DNA of 64,000 nt, taken from Longimicrobiales bacterium. GTDB lineage: Bacteria; Gemmatimonadota; Gemmatimonadetes; Longimicrobiales; Gaopeijiaceae. The notes beneath the pieces are model-generated. The model made no database searches. It was not told the DNA's origin and saw only the letters and a program-made list of their open reading frames with translations. The DNA is taken from positions 736,001 through 800,000 of the forward strand of contig OZ242008.1 of assembly GCA_965204735.1 (NCBI GenBank). The letters are read 5' to 3'. Below are positions 37,497 through 47,354 of this stretch, one piece after another. A program made the translations under genes and the position numbers. Position 1 is the first letter of the stretch. The number at the start of each line of letters is the position of its first letter.

Positions 37497-38399
37497 TTAC
37501 TCCCTCCGCATCAGGGCGTCCATCTCTTCCACGCTCCTGGGCCAGTCCTCCCCGAGCAGCCGCGACAGGCCCCGGTCGGCCAGGATCTTGCCGCCCGTCT
37601 GGCACTGGGGACAGTAGTTGGTCTCTCGGGTCGAGTAGACGATCCGCTGGACGGCCGTACCGCAACGAGGACACGGCTTGCCGTACTTGCCGTGGGTCGC
37701 CATCGCCGGATGGAACGCGGTCACCTTGGCCGGGAAGCGGTCCCCGGCCTCCTCCACCAAGCGCTCCGACCACTCCCGCAGGGACGACTGGACGGCCGCG
37801 CGGAGGCGCTCGACCTCGGCGTCGGACAGCCGGCTCGTGAGAGCGACCGGCGAGAGCCCGGCCCGCCAGAGGATCTCGTCGGAGTGGGCGTTGCCGATCC
37901 CCGAAAGGATGCGCGGGTCGGCGAGGGCCCGCTTCAGCGTCCGGTTTTCGCGGCGAACGGCCTGGGCGAAGGCTTCTGCGGACGCCTCCATCGGCTCGAT
38001 CCCGCCCGGGTCGTGCTCGGCCAGCGCATCCTCTCCCCGGACCAGGTGGAGCGACGCGCGCTTGTGGGTCGCGGACTCGGTGAGGAGGAGCGCGCCCCCG
38101 GGGAAGTCGAACGCCGCGTGGCCCCGCTTGCGCGGGATCGGCGCACCCGGCGCCTTCCACTGGAAGCGCCCCGAAATCATGAGGTGCACGACGAGGAAGA
38201 GGTCGTCGTCCATGCCCAGCACGATCCGCTTGCCCAGCCGCCGTAGCTCGCGCACTTCCTTTCCATCGACGGCGGAGAGGGGCGGGTCGAAGCTCTTGAG
38301 AAGGGAGGGCGACCGAATGCGGACTCGCTCCAGGCGTTCGCCCAAGACCCGCGGCCGGAGCGCGTGAAGGTAGAGGGCGACTTCCGGGAGTTCGGGCAT
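37497..38399 (-). CDS. Fpg/Nei family DNA glycosylase
   Basis: N-terminal MPELPEV, HLMISG, GIGNAHSDEIL, zinc finger CPRC..CPQC. Confidence 0.95.
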   Translation of the reverse strand: MPELPEVALYLHALRPRVLGERLERVRIRSPSLLKSFDPPLSAVDGKEVRELRRLGKRIVLGMDDDLFLVVHLMISGRFQWKAPGAPIPRKRGHAAFDFPGGALLLTESATHKRASLHLVRGEDALAEHDPGGIEPMEASAEAFAQAVRRENRTLKRALADPRILSGIGNAHSDEILWRAGLSPVALTSRLSDAEVERLRAAVQSSLREWSERLVEEAGDRFPAKVTAFHPAMATHGKYGKPCPRCGTAVQRIVYSTRETNYCPQCQTGGKILADRGLSRLLGEDWPRSVEEMDALMRRE

Positions 38400-38409
38400 C
38401 GCGGGCCAA

Positions 38410-39462
38410 TCAGGACGCGGCGTTCATGTCGACCACAAGGTACTCCTGCTCGTGGGTGCCCTCCAAGCCGGTGTTGCGTTGCGAGATCACGTCCCGAATG
38501 TTCGTGGGCGCCGTCCACGGGATCGGTCCCCGGTAGACGACGATGGGCGCCACGGGGGGCAGGAGGTCGTCGGGACCCAGCTCCCCTCGTTCGATCGCGT
38601 CCACCCAGGTGAGCGCCGTGTTGGTCAGGACCCGCAGCCCCATGAACGCGTCGGGGATGGTCTCGTCGAAGAGCAGGACGAAGGCTCGCTGTCCGCTCCG
38701 GAGCCGAAGTTGCCAGACCCGATCTCCGTCGCGGTGAAGAGGCGCGGGCGCCAGATGCCCCGTCGGCCGCTCTTCCAGGGTCCCGTAGTCGAAGCGGTCG
38801 ACTCCCGGCGGCGGCACGGCGGCCCGCATCATGTCCTCGACGAAGTTCCTGTCGTGGAACAGCCGGACGTAGTCCTCGACCGACTGCTCGGTCCCTGCCG
38901 CGGGTCTCGTCCTGGGCTTGGCCGCGAAGCGCCGGCCTCCGGCCTCGGAGTTGCCGACCGTCGGCCGCTTTCCGTTCTGTTTCCTTCCGATTCCTTTCCG
39001 TTTCCCCGCAACCCCGTTCTGTTTCCCCGCGACCCCGGGCTGGCAGGGCTTCAGGTACGCCGGAACCTCGCCGATCACCCGCCCGAGGTCGCTCTGGATC
39101 CTCCAGCGCGCGTCCGGGGACGCCACCACGGACATCAGGGGCGGCAGGTTGCCGGCCTCGTCGAACCCGCCCCGACCGATCCCGAGCTGGCGAACCATGC
39201 ACCCGGCGGCCATGGATCGGGCCACCGCAGCAAGGTCCATCTCACGGCTGTACAGGACCGTGAAGTACGCGGGCGTGCCGTCGAAGAACTTCGTCTGCCA
39301 TGGAGTGGCGCCGAAGAAGGGAGGCCCGTCGTCGTCCTCCTCGTCGGAGGGGCCGGCGTAGTCGTCGATGTCGTACTCTCCGGCCTTGATCCTGTCCACC
39401 TGCTCCTGGATCTTCGGGGGAAGGGGGGACTTGTCGAAGAGGTGGTCGAAGCGTGTGGTCAT
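38410..39462 (-). CDS. Divergent Rpn/YhgA-like protein
   Basis: C-terminal half (YVRLFHDRNFVEDMMR..FDYGTLE..DRVWQLR..DAFMGLRVL..LPPVAPIVVYRG..WTAP..YLVVD) follows the Rpn pattern. Confidence 0.55.
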   Translation of the reverse strand: MTTRFDHLFDKSPLPPKIQEQVDRIKAGEYDIDDYAGPSDEEDDDGPPFFGATPWQTKFFDGTPAYFTVLYSREMDLAAVARSMAAGCMVRQLGIGRGGFDEAGNLPPLMSVVASPDARWRIQSDLGRVIGEVPAYLKPCQPGVAGKQNGVAGKRKGIGRKQNGKRPTVGNSEAGGRRFAAKPRTRPAAGTEQSVEDYVRLFHDRNFVEDMMRAAVPPPGVDRFDYGTLEERPTGHLAPAPLHRDGDRVWQLRLRSGQRAFVLLFDETIPDAFMGLRVLTNTALTWVDAIERGELGPDDLLPPVAPIVVYRGPIPWTAPTNIRDVISQRNTGLEGTHEQEYLVVDMNAAS

Positions 39463-39682
39463 CGAGGTTGCCGTTGCAGAGAGGGTTCGTTTTGCGCGGG
39501 GAAGATTCCTTTGGATCGCCTGCGACGCTTTTCCCGGTCGTCGCTTGGCTGTCCCGGTCGTGGCTTAAGTGTTGCACCCCGAACTGGGCGTTTCCATGTC
39601 TGGATGGGACAACTTTTCCGGGCCGTCGGGGCGCCCGCCTGTCGGTCCGCTTCGGGAGGCCGCCCGCCGTTAGCTTTCGCAG

Positions 39683-40879
39683 ATGATCGTTCGTCCCAGA
39701 GTTCGCGGCTTCGTCTGCGTCACCAGCCATCCTGTAGGTTGCGCCGCCAACGTGGCGGAGCAAGTGCGCCGGGCCCGTTCCGCTCCCCTCGCCGACCCTC
39801 CGCGCTCGGTCCTGGTCCTCGGTTCGTCGACCAGCTACGGCTTGGGCTCGCGCATCGCCCTGGCTTTCGGAGGCGGCGCGGCCACCTTCGGCGTCTTCTT
39901 CGACCGTCCGCCCACCGCCCGACGGCCCGCCACGGCGGGGTGGTACAACACGGCGGCGTTCGAGGCGATGGCGGAAGAGGCGGGACTCCACTCGGCCTGC
40001 CTCAACGGAGACGCATTCTCCGACGAGACCAAGGAACGGGTCGTGGAGAGGCTGAAGCGGGACTTCCCCCCCGTCGACTGCGTCGTCAACTCGGTCGCCG
40101 CGCCCCGCCGGACCCACCCCCGCTCGGGTCGGACCTTCACGTCGGTCCTGAAGCCGATCGGCGAAGCGTACCGGTCCAAGACGCTGGACACCGACAAGGG
40201 CTTGGTCTCCGACATGGAGCTGCCGCCGGCGTCCGACGAAGAGGTGAGCGCCACCGTGGCCGTCATGGGCGGAGAGGACTGGCGGATGTGGATCGACGCT
40301 CTGGAGGCGGGCGGCGTCCTGGCGCCGGGGTGCCGGACCTTCGCCTACAGCTACGTGGGACCCGAGCTCACTTGGCCGATCTATCGGGACGGAGCGATCG
40401 GGCAGGCGAAGGCGGACCTGCACGAGACCGCCCGAGCGCTGAACGAGCGACTCTCGGCGTCGGACGGAGGTGCCCACGTGGCGGTCATGAAGGCCGTGGT
40501 GACCCAGGCCAGCGCGGCGATACCCGTCGTGCCCCTCTACGTCTCGATTCTGTACAAGGTCATGAAGGCGGCCGGCGACCACGAGGGACCCTTGGAACAG
40601 GCGCTCCGCCTCTACGGCTCCAAGGTCTACGGGTCCGGGGGAGTGCAGACGGACTCGGAGGGCTTCATCCGCATGGACGACTTGGAGATGAAGTCCGAGA
40701 CCCAGGCCGCCGTGCGCCGGGCGTGGGACGCGATCTCCACGGAGAACCTGCACGCCGAGTCCGACTTCGACGGCTACCGAACCGACTTCCTGCGCCTCTT
40801 CGGCTTCGAGGTCCCGGGGGTGGAGTACGGGGCCGAAGTGGAGCCGCTCGTGCCGATACCGACCCTGGCCGGAGCGTGA
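39683..40879 (+). CDS. fabV: Enoyl-ACP / trans-2-enoyl-CoA reductase
   Basis: MIVRPRVRGFVCVTSHPVGC, GSSTSYGL, TAGWYN, NGDAFS, VMGGEDW, KAVVTQAS. Confidence 0.95.
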   Translation: MIVRPRVRGFVCVTSHPVGCAANVAEQVRRARSAPLADPPRSVLVLGSSTSYGLGSRIALAFGGGAATFGVFFDRPPTARRPATAGWYNTAAFEAMAEEAGLHSACLNGDAFSDETKERVVERLKRDFPPVDCVVNSVAAPRRTHPRSGRTFTSVLKPIGEAYRSKTLDTDKGLVSDMELPPASDEEVSATVAVMGGEDWRMWIDALEAGGVLAPGCRTFAYSYVGPELTWPIYRDGAIGQAKADLHETARALNERLSASDGGAHVAVMKAVVTQASAAIPVVPLYVSILYKVMKAAGDHEGPLEQALRLYGSKVYGSGGVQTDSEGFIRMDDLEMKSETQAAVRRAWDAISTENLHAESDFDGYRTDFLRLFGFEVPGVEYGAEVEPLVPIPTLAGA

Positions 40880-40964
40880 CGGCCCCGGCGACGGCGGGGG
40901 CGAACGCGTTGGCAGAAGCCGCGGTCGGAGGCGGGCCGATCGACGACGCGGGAAGCCGCGGCCA

Positions 40965-41600
40965 GTGAAGGTCGTGCCGACGCCCGAGCAGCTCCGCGAG
41001 CTGGCGGGCCGCGACCCCGTGCTCGGCGACGCCATGGAACGGCTACCGCCCTACCCGGGGTTCCCCGACGGTCCCCTTGCCGAGGGCTCCCACTTCCAGG
41101 CGCTGGCTCGCTCCATCTCGTTCCAGCAGCTGGCCGGGGCTGCCGCGAACACGATCTACGCCCGGGCGTGCGCCCTCACGCCGGGACCGGCCTTTCCCAC
41201 CGTCGCCGAGTGCTTGGCGCTGCCGGACGAGAGCTTCCGGGAAGTCGGGCTTTCGGCGGCCAAGACCCGGGCGGTGAAGGAGTTGGCGGCCAAGTCGAAG
41301 GACGGGTCGGTGCGGCTGGAGAAGGTCGCCCGCATGACCGACGACGAGATCGTGGCGATGCTCTCCTCCGTGTGGGGGATCGGCGAGTGGACGGCCCAGA
41401 TGTTCCTGATCTTCCGCCTGGGACGGCTGGACGTGATGCCCGCGGGGGACCTGGGGGTGCGGGAGGGGGCGCGCAGGCTGGACGGGCTGGAGGAGCGGCC
41501 GTCGCCGACGGCCGTTCTGGAGCGCGCCGAGGCGTGGCGGCCGTTGCGGTCGGTGGCCACATGGGCGCTGTACCGCCTTTGCGACGAGGGGCGCTCGTGA
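40965..41600 (+). CDS. DNA-3-methyladenine glycosylase II (AlkA family)
   Basis: ISFQQL, GLSAAK, HhH GIGEWTAQMFL, DLGVR, WRPLRS. Confidence 0.9.
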   Translation: MKVVPTPEQLRELAGRDPVLGDAMERLPPYPGFPDGPLAEGSHFQALARSISFQQLAGAAANTIYARACALTPGPAFPTVAECLALPDESFREVGLSAAKTRAVKELAAKSKDGSVRLEKVARMTDDEIVAMLSSVWGIGEWTAQMFLIFRLGRLDVMPAGDLGVREGARRLDGLEERPSPTAVLERAEAWRPLRSVATWALYRLCDEGRS

Positions 41601-42223
41601 AGAGCGGCGACGCGCAGCTCCCAAGGCCGGTCGACGCTCCGCCCCCGACGGCGATCGTCTCGGCGCGGATCGAGACGCCCCTGGGGCCGATGGCGGCGAT
41701 GGTCCGCGACTGGGCCGTGTGCCTGCTCGAGTTCGCGGACCGGCCGATGCTCGAGACCCAGGTCGAGCGCGTTGCACGGCGGTTCGGCAGCGCGCCGACG
41801 CCGGGACGCCACCCCCTGCTCGACGCGCTGAAGGCGGAGCTGGACGAGTACTTCCGAGGCGAGAGGCGAGGGTTCGACGTGCCCTTGGCGCTCTCGGGGA
41901 CTCCGTTTCAGACGCGGGTGTGGCGGCTGCTGATGGATATCCCGTACGGCGACACGATCAGCTACGACGAGCTGGCGCGCAGGGCCGAGACGCCCGGGGG
42001 ACAGCGCGCGGTGGGTCGCGCCAACGGCGACAACAGGATCGCAGTCGTGATCCCCTGCCACCGGGTGGTTCGAGCGAGCGGAGATCTGGGAGGGTACGGC
42101 GGAGGACTCGACCGCAAGCGCCGTCTTCTTGCTCTGGAGCAGGAGCACGCGTCTCAGGGAACGCTCTTCGGGCAGCGCTCGCGCGCGGGGCGATCCCAGC
42201 CGGCAGATCACCCGGTCCCATAG
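41597..42223 (+). CDS. ogt: Methylated-DNA--protein-cysteine methyltransferase
   Basis: GTPFQ..IPYG..SY, RAVGRANG.N, PCHRV active site; GTGA overlap. Confidence 0.9.
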   Translation: MKSGDAQLPRPVDAPPPTAIVSARIETPLGPMAAMVRDWAVCLLEFADRPMLETQVERVARRFGSAPTPGRHPLLDALKAELDEYFRGERRGFDVPLALSGTPFQTRVWRLLMDIPYGDTISYDELARRAETPGGQRAVGRANGDNRIAVVIPCHRVVRASGDLGGYGGGLDRKRRLLALEQEHASQGTLFGQRSRAGRSQPADHPVP

Positions 42224-42786
42224 GAAAACCGGTCCGATTCCGGTCGCGCCAGCCACTCGGCCAGCGTCCCGGCGCTCCGATCCTTCGCCGACAGCAGCGC
42301 TGGCCCCGGCAAGGGCCAATCGATCCCCACGTCGGGATCGTCCCACCGAATCCCCGACTCGCAGGCCGGGTTGTAGGCGCCCGTGCACAGGTACTGGACC
42401 TCGGCCCACCGGCTCAGGGCGCAGAACCCTCGGGCGAACCCCGCCGGCGCCCACAGCTGGCGCTTGCACTCGGCCGACGCCTCGATCCCGACCCACCGCC
42501 CCAGCGTCGGCGAGCCCTTGCGGATGTCCACGGCCACCAGGAACACGCTGCCGAGAGTCGCCCGCATCATCTTCCCCATGGGGGGCTCCCACTGGAAGTG
42601 CAGCCCGCGAACGACGCCGCGCCGGGAACGGGAGTGGTTCTCCTGCACGAACGAGGGAGGCAGTCCGTGCTCTGCGAACCGGCGCCCGTTGAAGGCCTCG
42701 AAGAGGTGGCCCCGGTCGTCGGCGTGGACCCGGGGAGAGACGATCCGCACGTCGGGAACGTCCGTGGCCGCGACGATGAACGACAT
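42208..42786 (-). CDS. rfbC: dTDP-4-dehydrorhamnose 3,5-epimerase
   Basis: DDRG..E, VQENHSRS..VRGLHFQ, VDIRKGSPT, LWAPAGFARGF, LSAKD. Confidence 0.95.
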   Translation of the reverse strand: MSFIVAATDVPDVRIVSPRVHADDRGHLFEAFNGRRFAEHGLPPSFVQENHSRSRRGVVRGLHFQWEPPMGKMMRATLGSVFLVAVDIRKGSPTLGRWVGIEASAECKRQLWAPAGFARGFCALSRWAEVQYLCTGAYNPACESGIRWDDPDVGIDWPLPGPALLSAKDRSAGTLAEWLARPESDRFSYGTG

Positions 42787-42910
42787 GATCGGGAATGTAA
42801 CCTCCGCTCGTGGCGGACTGGCTCCAGTCGCGTCACGCCTCGCCGGGCCGGTGCCCGGCCACGCGTGCGAGACCGCACGCCGCGGCTTGCGGCAGACCGT
42901 CCCCGCCGCG

Positions 42911-43927
42911 TCACGCCTCGCGAAGCGCCCGCAGGACCCGCAGGTTCTCCCGGTCGGAGGCGGTGGCGTCCGCGCCCTTGGGCGTCTCCAGCAGCTTGGG
43001 CACGTGGCGGAACCGCTCCCACTTCAAGAGGCGGCGAAACGGGGCCAAGCCCAGGGTGCCCCGACCGATGTGTTCGTGTCGGTCTCGCCGGGAAGCGAAG
43101 GGAGTCTTGGCGTCGTTGAGGTGGAAGAGCCCGATCCGCTCGGCCCCGAAGGCGTCGTCGACGTGGGCGACAACGCCCTCGAAGTCGTCTCGAAGGTCGT
43201 AGCCCGCGACCCAGGCGTGGCAGGTGTCGAAGCACACGCCCACTCGACCCTGCTGCGCCCGGGGGATCCTTCGGATGATCTGGCCCAGCTCCTCGAAGGA
43301 GCCTCCCACGGAGGTGCCCGCGCCGGCCGTCAGCTCCAGAAGGACGCGGGGGGCGGACGCTGCGACGGGGAGGGACGCCGCGACGGGGACGGACCGGTCC
43401 CGAGCCTCGGGCACGTCCGACTCGAACGCCGTCTCCAGCGCCCAAGCCACCGCGTCGGCGTTCCGGGCGATCCCGCTGGCCTTGTCGCCGTCCGTGGCGT
43501 TTCCGGGGTGGGTGACTACGGCGTCGAGCCCCAGCGTCGCGGCCCGCTCCAGCTCCCGCCGGAAGCACTCTGCCGACCTCCGCTGCAACGCCGCGTCCGG
43601 CGACGCCAAGTTGATCAGGTAGGAGTCGTGAACGGCGACGAACGCGGCGCCGGCTCGCTCGGCTTCCGCCCGGAAGCGGGCCGCCGCCTCTGGCGCGACC
43701 ACCGGGTCCTCCCACCGGCTGGGGGCCTTCGTGAAGATCTGGAAGACCACGGCGCCGATCTCCTCGGCCCGCCCCGGCGCCCTCCACGCGCCGCCGGCCG
43801 CCGAGACGTGGGCGCCGAGCTCGTCGACTGCCGCCGCGCCTCCGTCGTTCGCCGCGCCTCCGTCGTTCGCCGCGCCTCCGTCGTTCGCCGCACCTCCGTC
43901 GTTCGCCGCACCTCCGCTGTTCGTCAT
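42911..43927 (-). CDS. nfo: Endonuclease IV
   Basis: [50 protein letters not shown]. Confidence 0.95.
   Translation of the reverse strand: MTNSGGAANDGGAANDGGAANDGGAANDGGAAAVDELGAHVSAAGGAWRAPGRAEEIGAVVFQIFTKAPSRWEDPVVAPEAAARFRAEAERAGAAFVAVHDSYLINLASPDAALQRRSAECFRRELERAATLGLDAVVTHPGNATDGDKASGIARNADAVAWALETAFESDVPEARDRSVPVAASLPVAASAPRVLLELTAGAGTSVGGSFEELGQIIRRIPRAQQGRVGVCFDTCHAWVAGYDLRDDFEGVVAHVDDAFGAERIGLFHLNDAKTPFASRRDRHEHIGRGTLGLAPFRRLLKWERFRHVPKLLETPKGADATASDRENLRVLRALREA
43833..43922. repeat. 5 x 18 bp tandem repeat in the nfo 5' end, encoding (NDGGAA)n
   Basis: GCCGCGCCTCCGTCGTTC x3 followed by two variant units. Confidence 0.95.
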
Positions 43928-44065
43928 GGCTTGAAGCATAACCGAGCGTGGCCGACCTTCAGGACTTGACCACGGCCGAGCGAGGGGCGCTCCGCCGTCG
44001 TCCCGCCGTCCGGCACGGAACAGGCCCGTCGGCCCGTCTTGCGCACGCACGCGAGGAACCCCGCC

Positions 44066-44848
44066 ATGCCCGCAGACTCCCGAACCTCGCCGCCCGCGCC
44101 GCCGGTCGCGCTGGTGACCGGCGCTTCTTCGGGGATCGGCAGGGGACTTGCGGTCCGCTTGGCCCGCGAGGGCTGGGCCGTCGGCCTGGCGGCCCGGCGC
44201 GAGGCCCGGCTGGAAGAGGTTGCAGGCGACGTTCGCGACTACGACGGCGTCGCCTCCGTCCACGTCTGCGACGTCTCCGAGCCGGAGCAGGTGCGTCGCG
44301 CGGTGGCGGAGTGCCGGACGGCCCTGGGTCCCGTCGACCTGCTCGTCGCCAATGCGGGGATCGCCGCCCGCGCGCTCCCGGACGACCTGGACGCCGAAGA
44401 GGTGGAGCGGGTCTTCCGCGTCAACTTCATGGGCGCCGTGCACGCCGTCGAAGCCGTGCTCCCCGAGATGCTCCGCCGCCGGTCGGGCCACCTGGTCGCG
44501 GTGGCCAGCTTGGCGGGCTTCGGCGGGCTGCCGGGCCGCGCCGCCTACGGCGCTTCCAAGGCCGCCATGATCGCCTTCTTCGAGAGCTTGCGACTGGACC
44601 TCGGACCCCGTGGCGTGGCCGTGACGGTGGCGAACCCGGGCTTCGTGCGCACCGAGATGACCGAGGAGGACGACAGGCCGCGTCCCTTCATCGTGGACGC
44701 CGACCCCGCCGTCGACCGGATCGCAAGAGCCGTCCTGGCGCGCCGCCCGTCGGTCTCCTTTCCGTGGCAGGTGGCGTCGGCGGCGGCCCTGGCCCGCGCG
44801 CTCCCCCGCCGGGCCTACGACTTCCTTGCCAAGCGGGCGCCCAGTTGA
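44066..44848 (+). CDS. SDR family oxidoreductase
   Basis: TGASSGIG, NAG, YGASK, PGFVRT. Confidence 0.9.
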   Translation: MPADSRTSPPAPPVALVTGASSGIGRGLAVRLAREGWAVGLAARREARLEEVAGDVRDYDGVASVHVCDVSEPEQVRRAVAECRTALGPVDLLVANAGIAARALPDDLDAEEVERVFRVNFMGAVHAVEAVLPEMLRRRSGHLVAVASLAGFGGLPGRAAYGASKAAMIAFFESLRLDLGPRGVAVTVANPGFVRTEMTEEDDRPRPFIVDADPAVDRIARAVLARRPSVSFPWQVASAAALARALPRRAYDFLAKRAPS

Positions 44849-45684
44849 CGGCCCGCCCCACCTCCCGACCGGGCCACTCCTACTTCGCGGGCGCCCCCCT
44901 CCTCATGGCCCACCGAGGCGGCGCCGCGCTGGCGCCCGAGAACACGATGGCGGCCTTCCGGCGCGCCGTGGACGAGTACGACGCCGACGTGCTGGAGATG
45001 GATGTGCGCCTGGCCGCCGACGGAAGCTTGGTGGTGATCCACGACGAGACCGTGGACCGCACCACCGACGGAACCGGCCTCGTGCGCGAGAAGAGTTGGC
45101 GCCAGCTGCGGCGGCTAGACGCCGGTTGCCGCTTCCGGGACCGATCCGGTGCTTTTCCCTTCCGGGGAAGAGGCGTGCGGCTGTGCCTCTTCGAAGAAGT
45201 GCTGGACGCCTTTCCGAACGTCCGCATCAACGTGGAGCCCAAGGCGGCGGAGGCGGCGGCGCCTCTTCTGGCTGCCGTCCGCTCCCATGGGGCCGCTCAT
45301 CGGGTGCTGGTCGGCGCCGTCTTCGAGGCCACGCGACGGGGCGCCCGCGGCCACGCCGGTCCCTGGGGCGCATCCCGCCGGCAGCTGGCGCCGTTCTGGT
45401 TTGCTTACCGGGTCCCTCTGCTCGGACGCTGGTACCTGCCTTCCGCCGACGCTTTCCAGGTCTCGGAGAGGTGGGGCTGGTTCCCGCTCCTGACCCCGTC
45501 TCTGGTGCGGGCGGCCCACCGGCGCAACATCCCGGTCCATGCATGGGTGGTCGACGATCCCGCCGACATGCGCCGCCTCCTGGCGTGGGGAGTGGACGGC
45601 ATCCAGACCGACCGCCCCGATCTGCTGGCCGACGTGCTCGCCGAAGCGGTCGGCCGGCCGCCGCCCGCCCGCCGACGGACGTGA
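44845..45684 (+). CDS. Glycerophosphodiester phosphodiesterase
   Basis: AHRGG..PENT, EMDV, HD..VDRTT, GVDGIQTDRPD. Start may be the ATG at 44905. Confidence 0.9.
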   Translation: MTARPTSRPGHSYFAGAPLLMAHRGGAALAPENTMAAFRRAVDEYDADVLEMDVRLAADGSLVVIHDETVDRTTDGTGLVREKSWRQLRRLDAGCRFRDRSGAFPFRGRGVRLCLFEEVLDAFPNVRINVEPKAAEAAAPLLAAVRSHGAAHRVLVGAVFEATRRGARGHAGPWGASRRQLAPFWFAYRVPLLGRWYLPSADAFQVSERWGWFPLLTPSLVRAAHRRNIPVHAWVVDDPADMRRLLAWGVDGIQTDRPDLLADVLAEAVGRPPPARRRT

Positions 45685-47354
45685 CCGCGCCCGCCCGCCC
45701 GCCCGGCCCCGACCTGCCGGCCGCCGCCGACTCGACCGACCTGGCAGAGCGCTTTCGCGCCGGCCTCGCAAAGGCGGAGTGGCCGAAGGAAGCCCCCGCC
45801 GTGGTCGTGGGCGTCTCCGGCGGCCTGGACTCCATGACGCTGCTCCACCTCTTCCTCCGCCTCCGGCGCAGTGCTCGCCGACGGCCCGCCTTCCCCGAGA
45901 TCGTCGCCGCGCACCTGGACCATCGCATGAGCCCCGGGAGCGCCGCCGTGGCCCAGTGGGTGGCAGACACGTGCGAAGAGTGGGGCGTGCCGTGCCGTAC
46001 GGGGGCCGTGCCGTCGCCGCCAAGGTCGGAAGCCGAGGGACGGAGCCTCCGCTACCGCTTCTTCGAGGAGACGAGAAGGGAAGCGGGACCGGGAGCGGTC
46101 GCGGCGACGGGCCACACCGCCGACGACCAGGCGGAGACGGTCCTCTTCCGGATCGCCCGGGGCGCCGGTCCCCGGGGCATGACGGCGGTCCTTCCCGAAC
46201 GGCCGCCCGGCGTCGTTCGGCCACTGCTTCCCTTCTGGCGCCGCGAGCTGGCCGCCTACGCGGCCGAGCACCGCATCCCCTTCCGCGAAGACCCCACCAA
46301 CCGCGACCTGCGCTGGACCCGCAACCGCCTTCGCCACGAGGTGCTGCCCGCCCTGGAGGACGCGGTCCCCGGCGCCGCGTCGGCGCTGGCGGCCCTGGCA
46401 GCCGCCTCCCGGACGCACGTCGAAGCCCTGGACCACCTCCTGGACGACCAGATCGCGGCCCTTGGCGCCCGCGGCACGTCGGCGTCGCGGGCCACGGACT
46501 CGACTTCCCACCTCCTGGACGGCCAGATCGCGGCTCTCGCCGCCCGCGCCCGCTCGTCGTCCGCTGCTCCCGCCCCGCCCGCCGGCGCCTGCCCCGAGCC
46601 CATGGCCCGCCCCGCTCCGGTTCCCCCCACCGGCTTCGACCTGGACCACCACAGGCTTCTGGCCCTCCCCGACGCCGTCGTGGCCCAGGCCCTGCGTCGC
46701 GCCGTCCTGCGACTGGGCGGACGGCTTGGGCGCGCCGCCACCCGCGACCTCCTCCGCTTCGCCAAGGAGTCCCAGAGCGGGCGACGGATCGCCGTGCCCG
46801 GAGGCGTGACCGTGACCCGCGACCTGGATCGCCTCCGGATCGAGGTCGGCGATCCGCCCGCCGCCTCGCTCGAGCACCCCGCCGTCCAAGAGGTCGTCGT
46901 CGCAGGCGGCAAGGGAGAAGGGCGCTTTGCGAAGGGAAGGCTGGAGGTCCACGCGGCCTGGGGTCCCGCGCCCCCCGCCGACTTCCCCTTCGTTGCGCCG
47001 TTTGTTCCCGGGGAAGTACGATTCCCCTTGGCCGTGCGCCCCTGGCGTCCCGGCGACCGGATCGAAGCCCGCTGCGGCAAGAAGAAGGTCAAGAAGCTCC
47101 TCCTGGAGGCGCGTATCCCGACCGACCGGCGAACCGGCTATCCCGTCCTAGCGGACGCGACCGGCAAGCTCCTGTGGGTGCCCGGAGCGGCGGACCCCGA
47201 GCTTCCGCCCCCGGCCGGCGCCCCGCGCTGGGTGGGCGTCCGAATCCGAGACCTGGCCGACGCCCGGGCCAAGCCGGCCCCCTCGTCGGCGCCGGATCCC
47301 CAGTGCCCGCCGGACTCCTCCGGGGCCGCCTCGTTCCGCCCCGCCGCGCAGTGA
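45681..47354 (+). CDS. tilS: tRNA(Ile)-lysidine synthase
   Basis: PP-loop SGGLDS, GHTADDQAET, RPLL, EDPTN, RNRLR; lies upstream of hpt-ftsH. Confidence 0.95.
   Translation: MTAPARPPGPDLPAAADSTDLAERFRAGLAKAEWPKEAPAVVVGVSGGLDSMTLLHLFLRLRRSARRRPAFPEIVAAHLDHRMSPGSAAVAQWVADTCEEWGVPCRTGAVPSPPRSEAEGRSLRYRFFEETRREAGPGAVAATGHTADDQAETVLFRIARGAGPRGMTAVLPERPPGVVRPLLPFWRRELAAYAAEHRIPFREDPTNRDLRWTRNRLRHEVLPALEDAVPGAASALAALAAASRTHVEALDHLLDDQIAALGARGTSASRATDSTSHLLDGQIAALAARARSSSAAPAPPAGACPEPMARPAPVPPTGFDLDHHRLLALPDAVVAQALRRAVLRLGGRLGRAATRDLLRFAKESQSGRRIAVPGGVTVTRDLDRLRIEVGDPPAASLEHPAVQEVVVAGGKGEGRFAKGRLEVHAAWGPAPPADFPFVAPFVPGEVRFPLAVRPWRPGDRIEARCGKKKVKKLLLEARIPTDRRTGYPVLADATGKLLWVPGAADPELPPPAGAPRWVGVRIRDLADARAKPAPSSAPDPQCPPDSSGAASFRPAAQ

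Noticed and set aside
36531..43922. Short repeats at 36537, 37407 and 43833 as CRISPR arrays
   Set aside because: Units are too short, lack unique spacers of regular length, and no cas genes are present.
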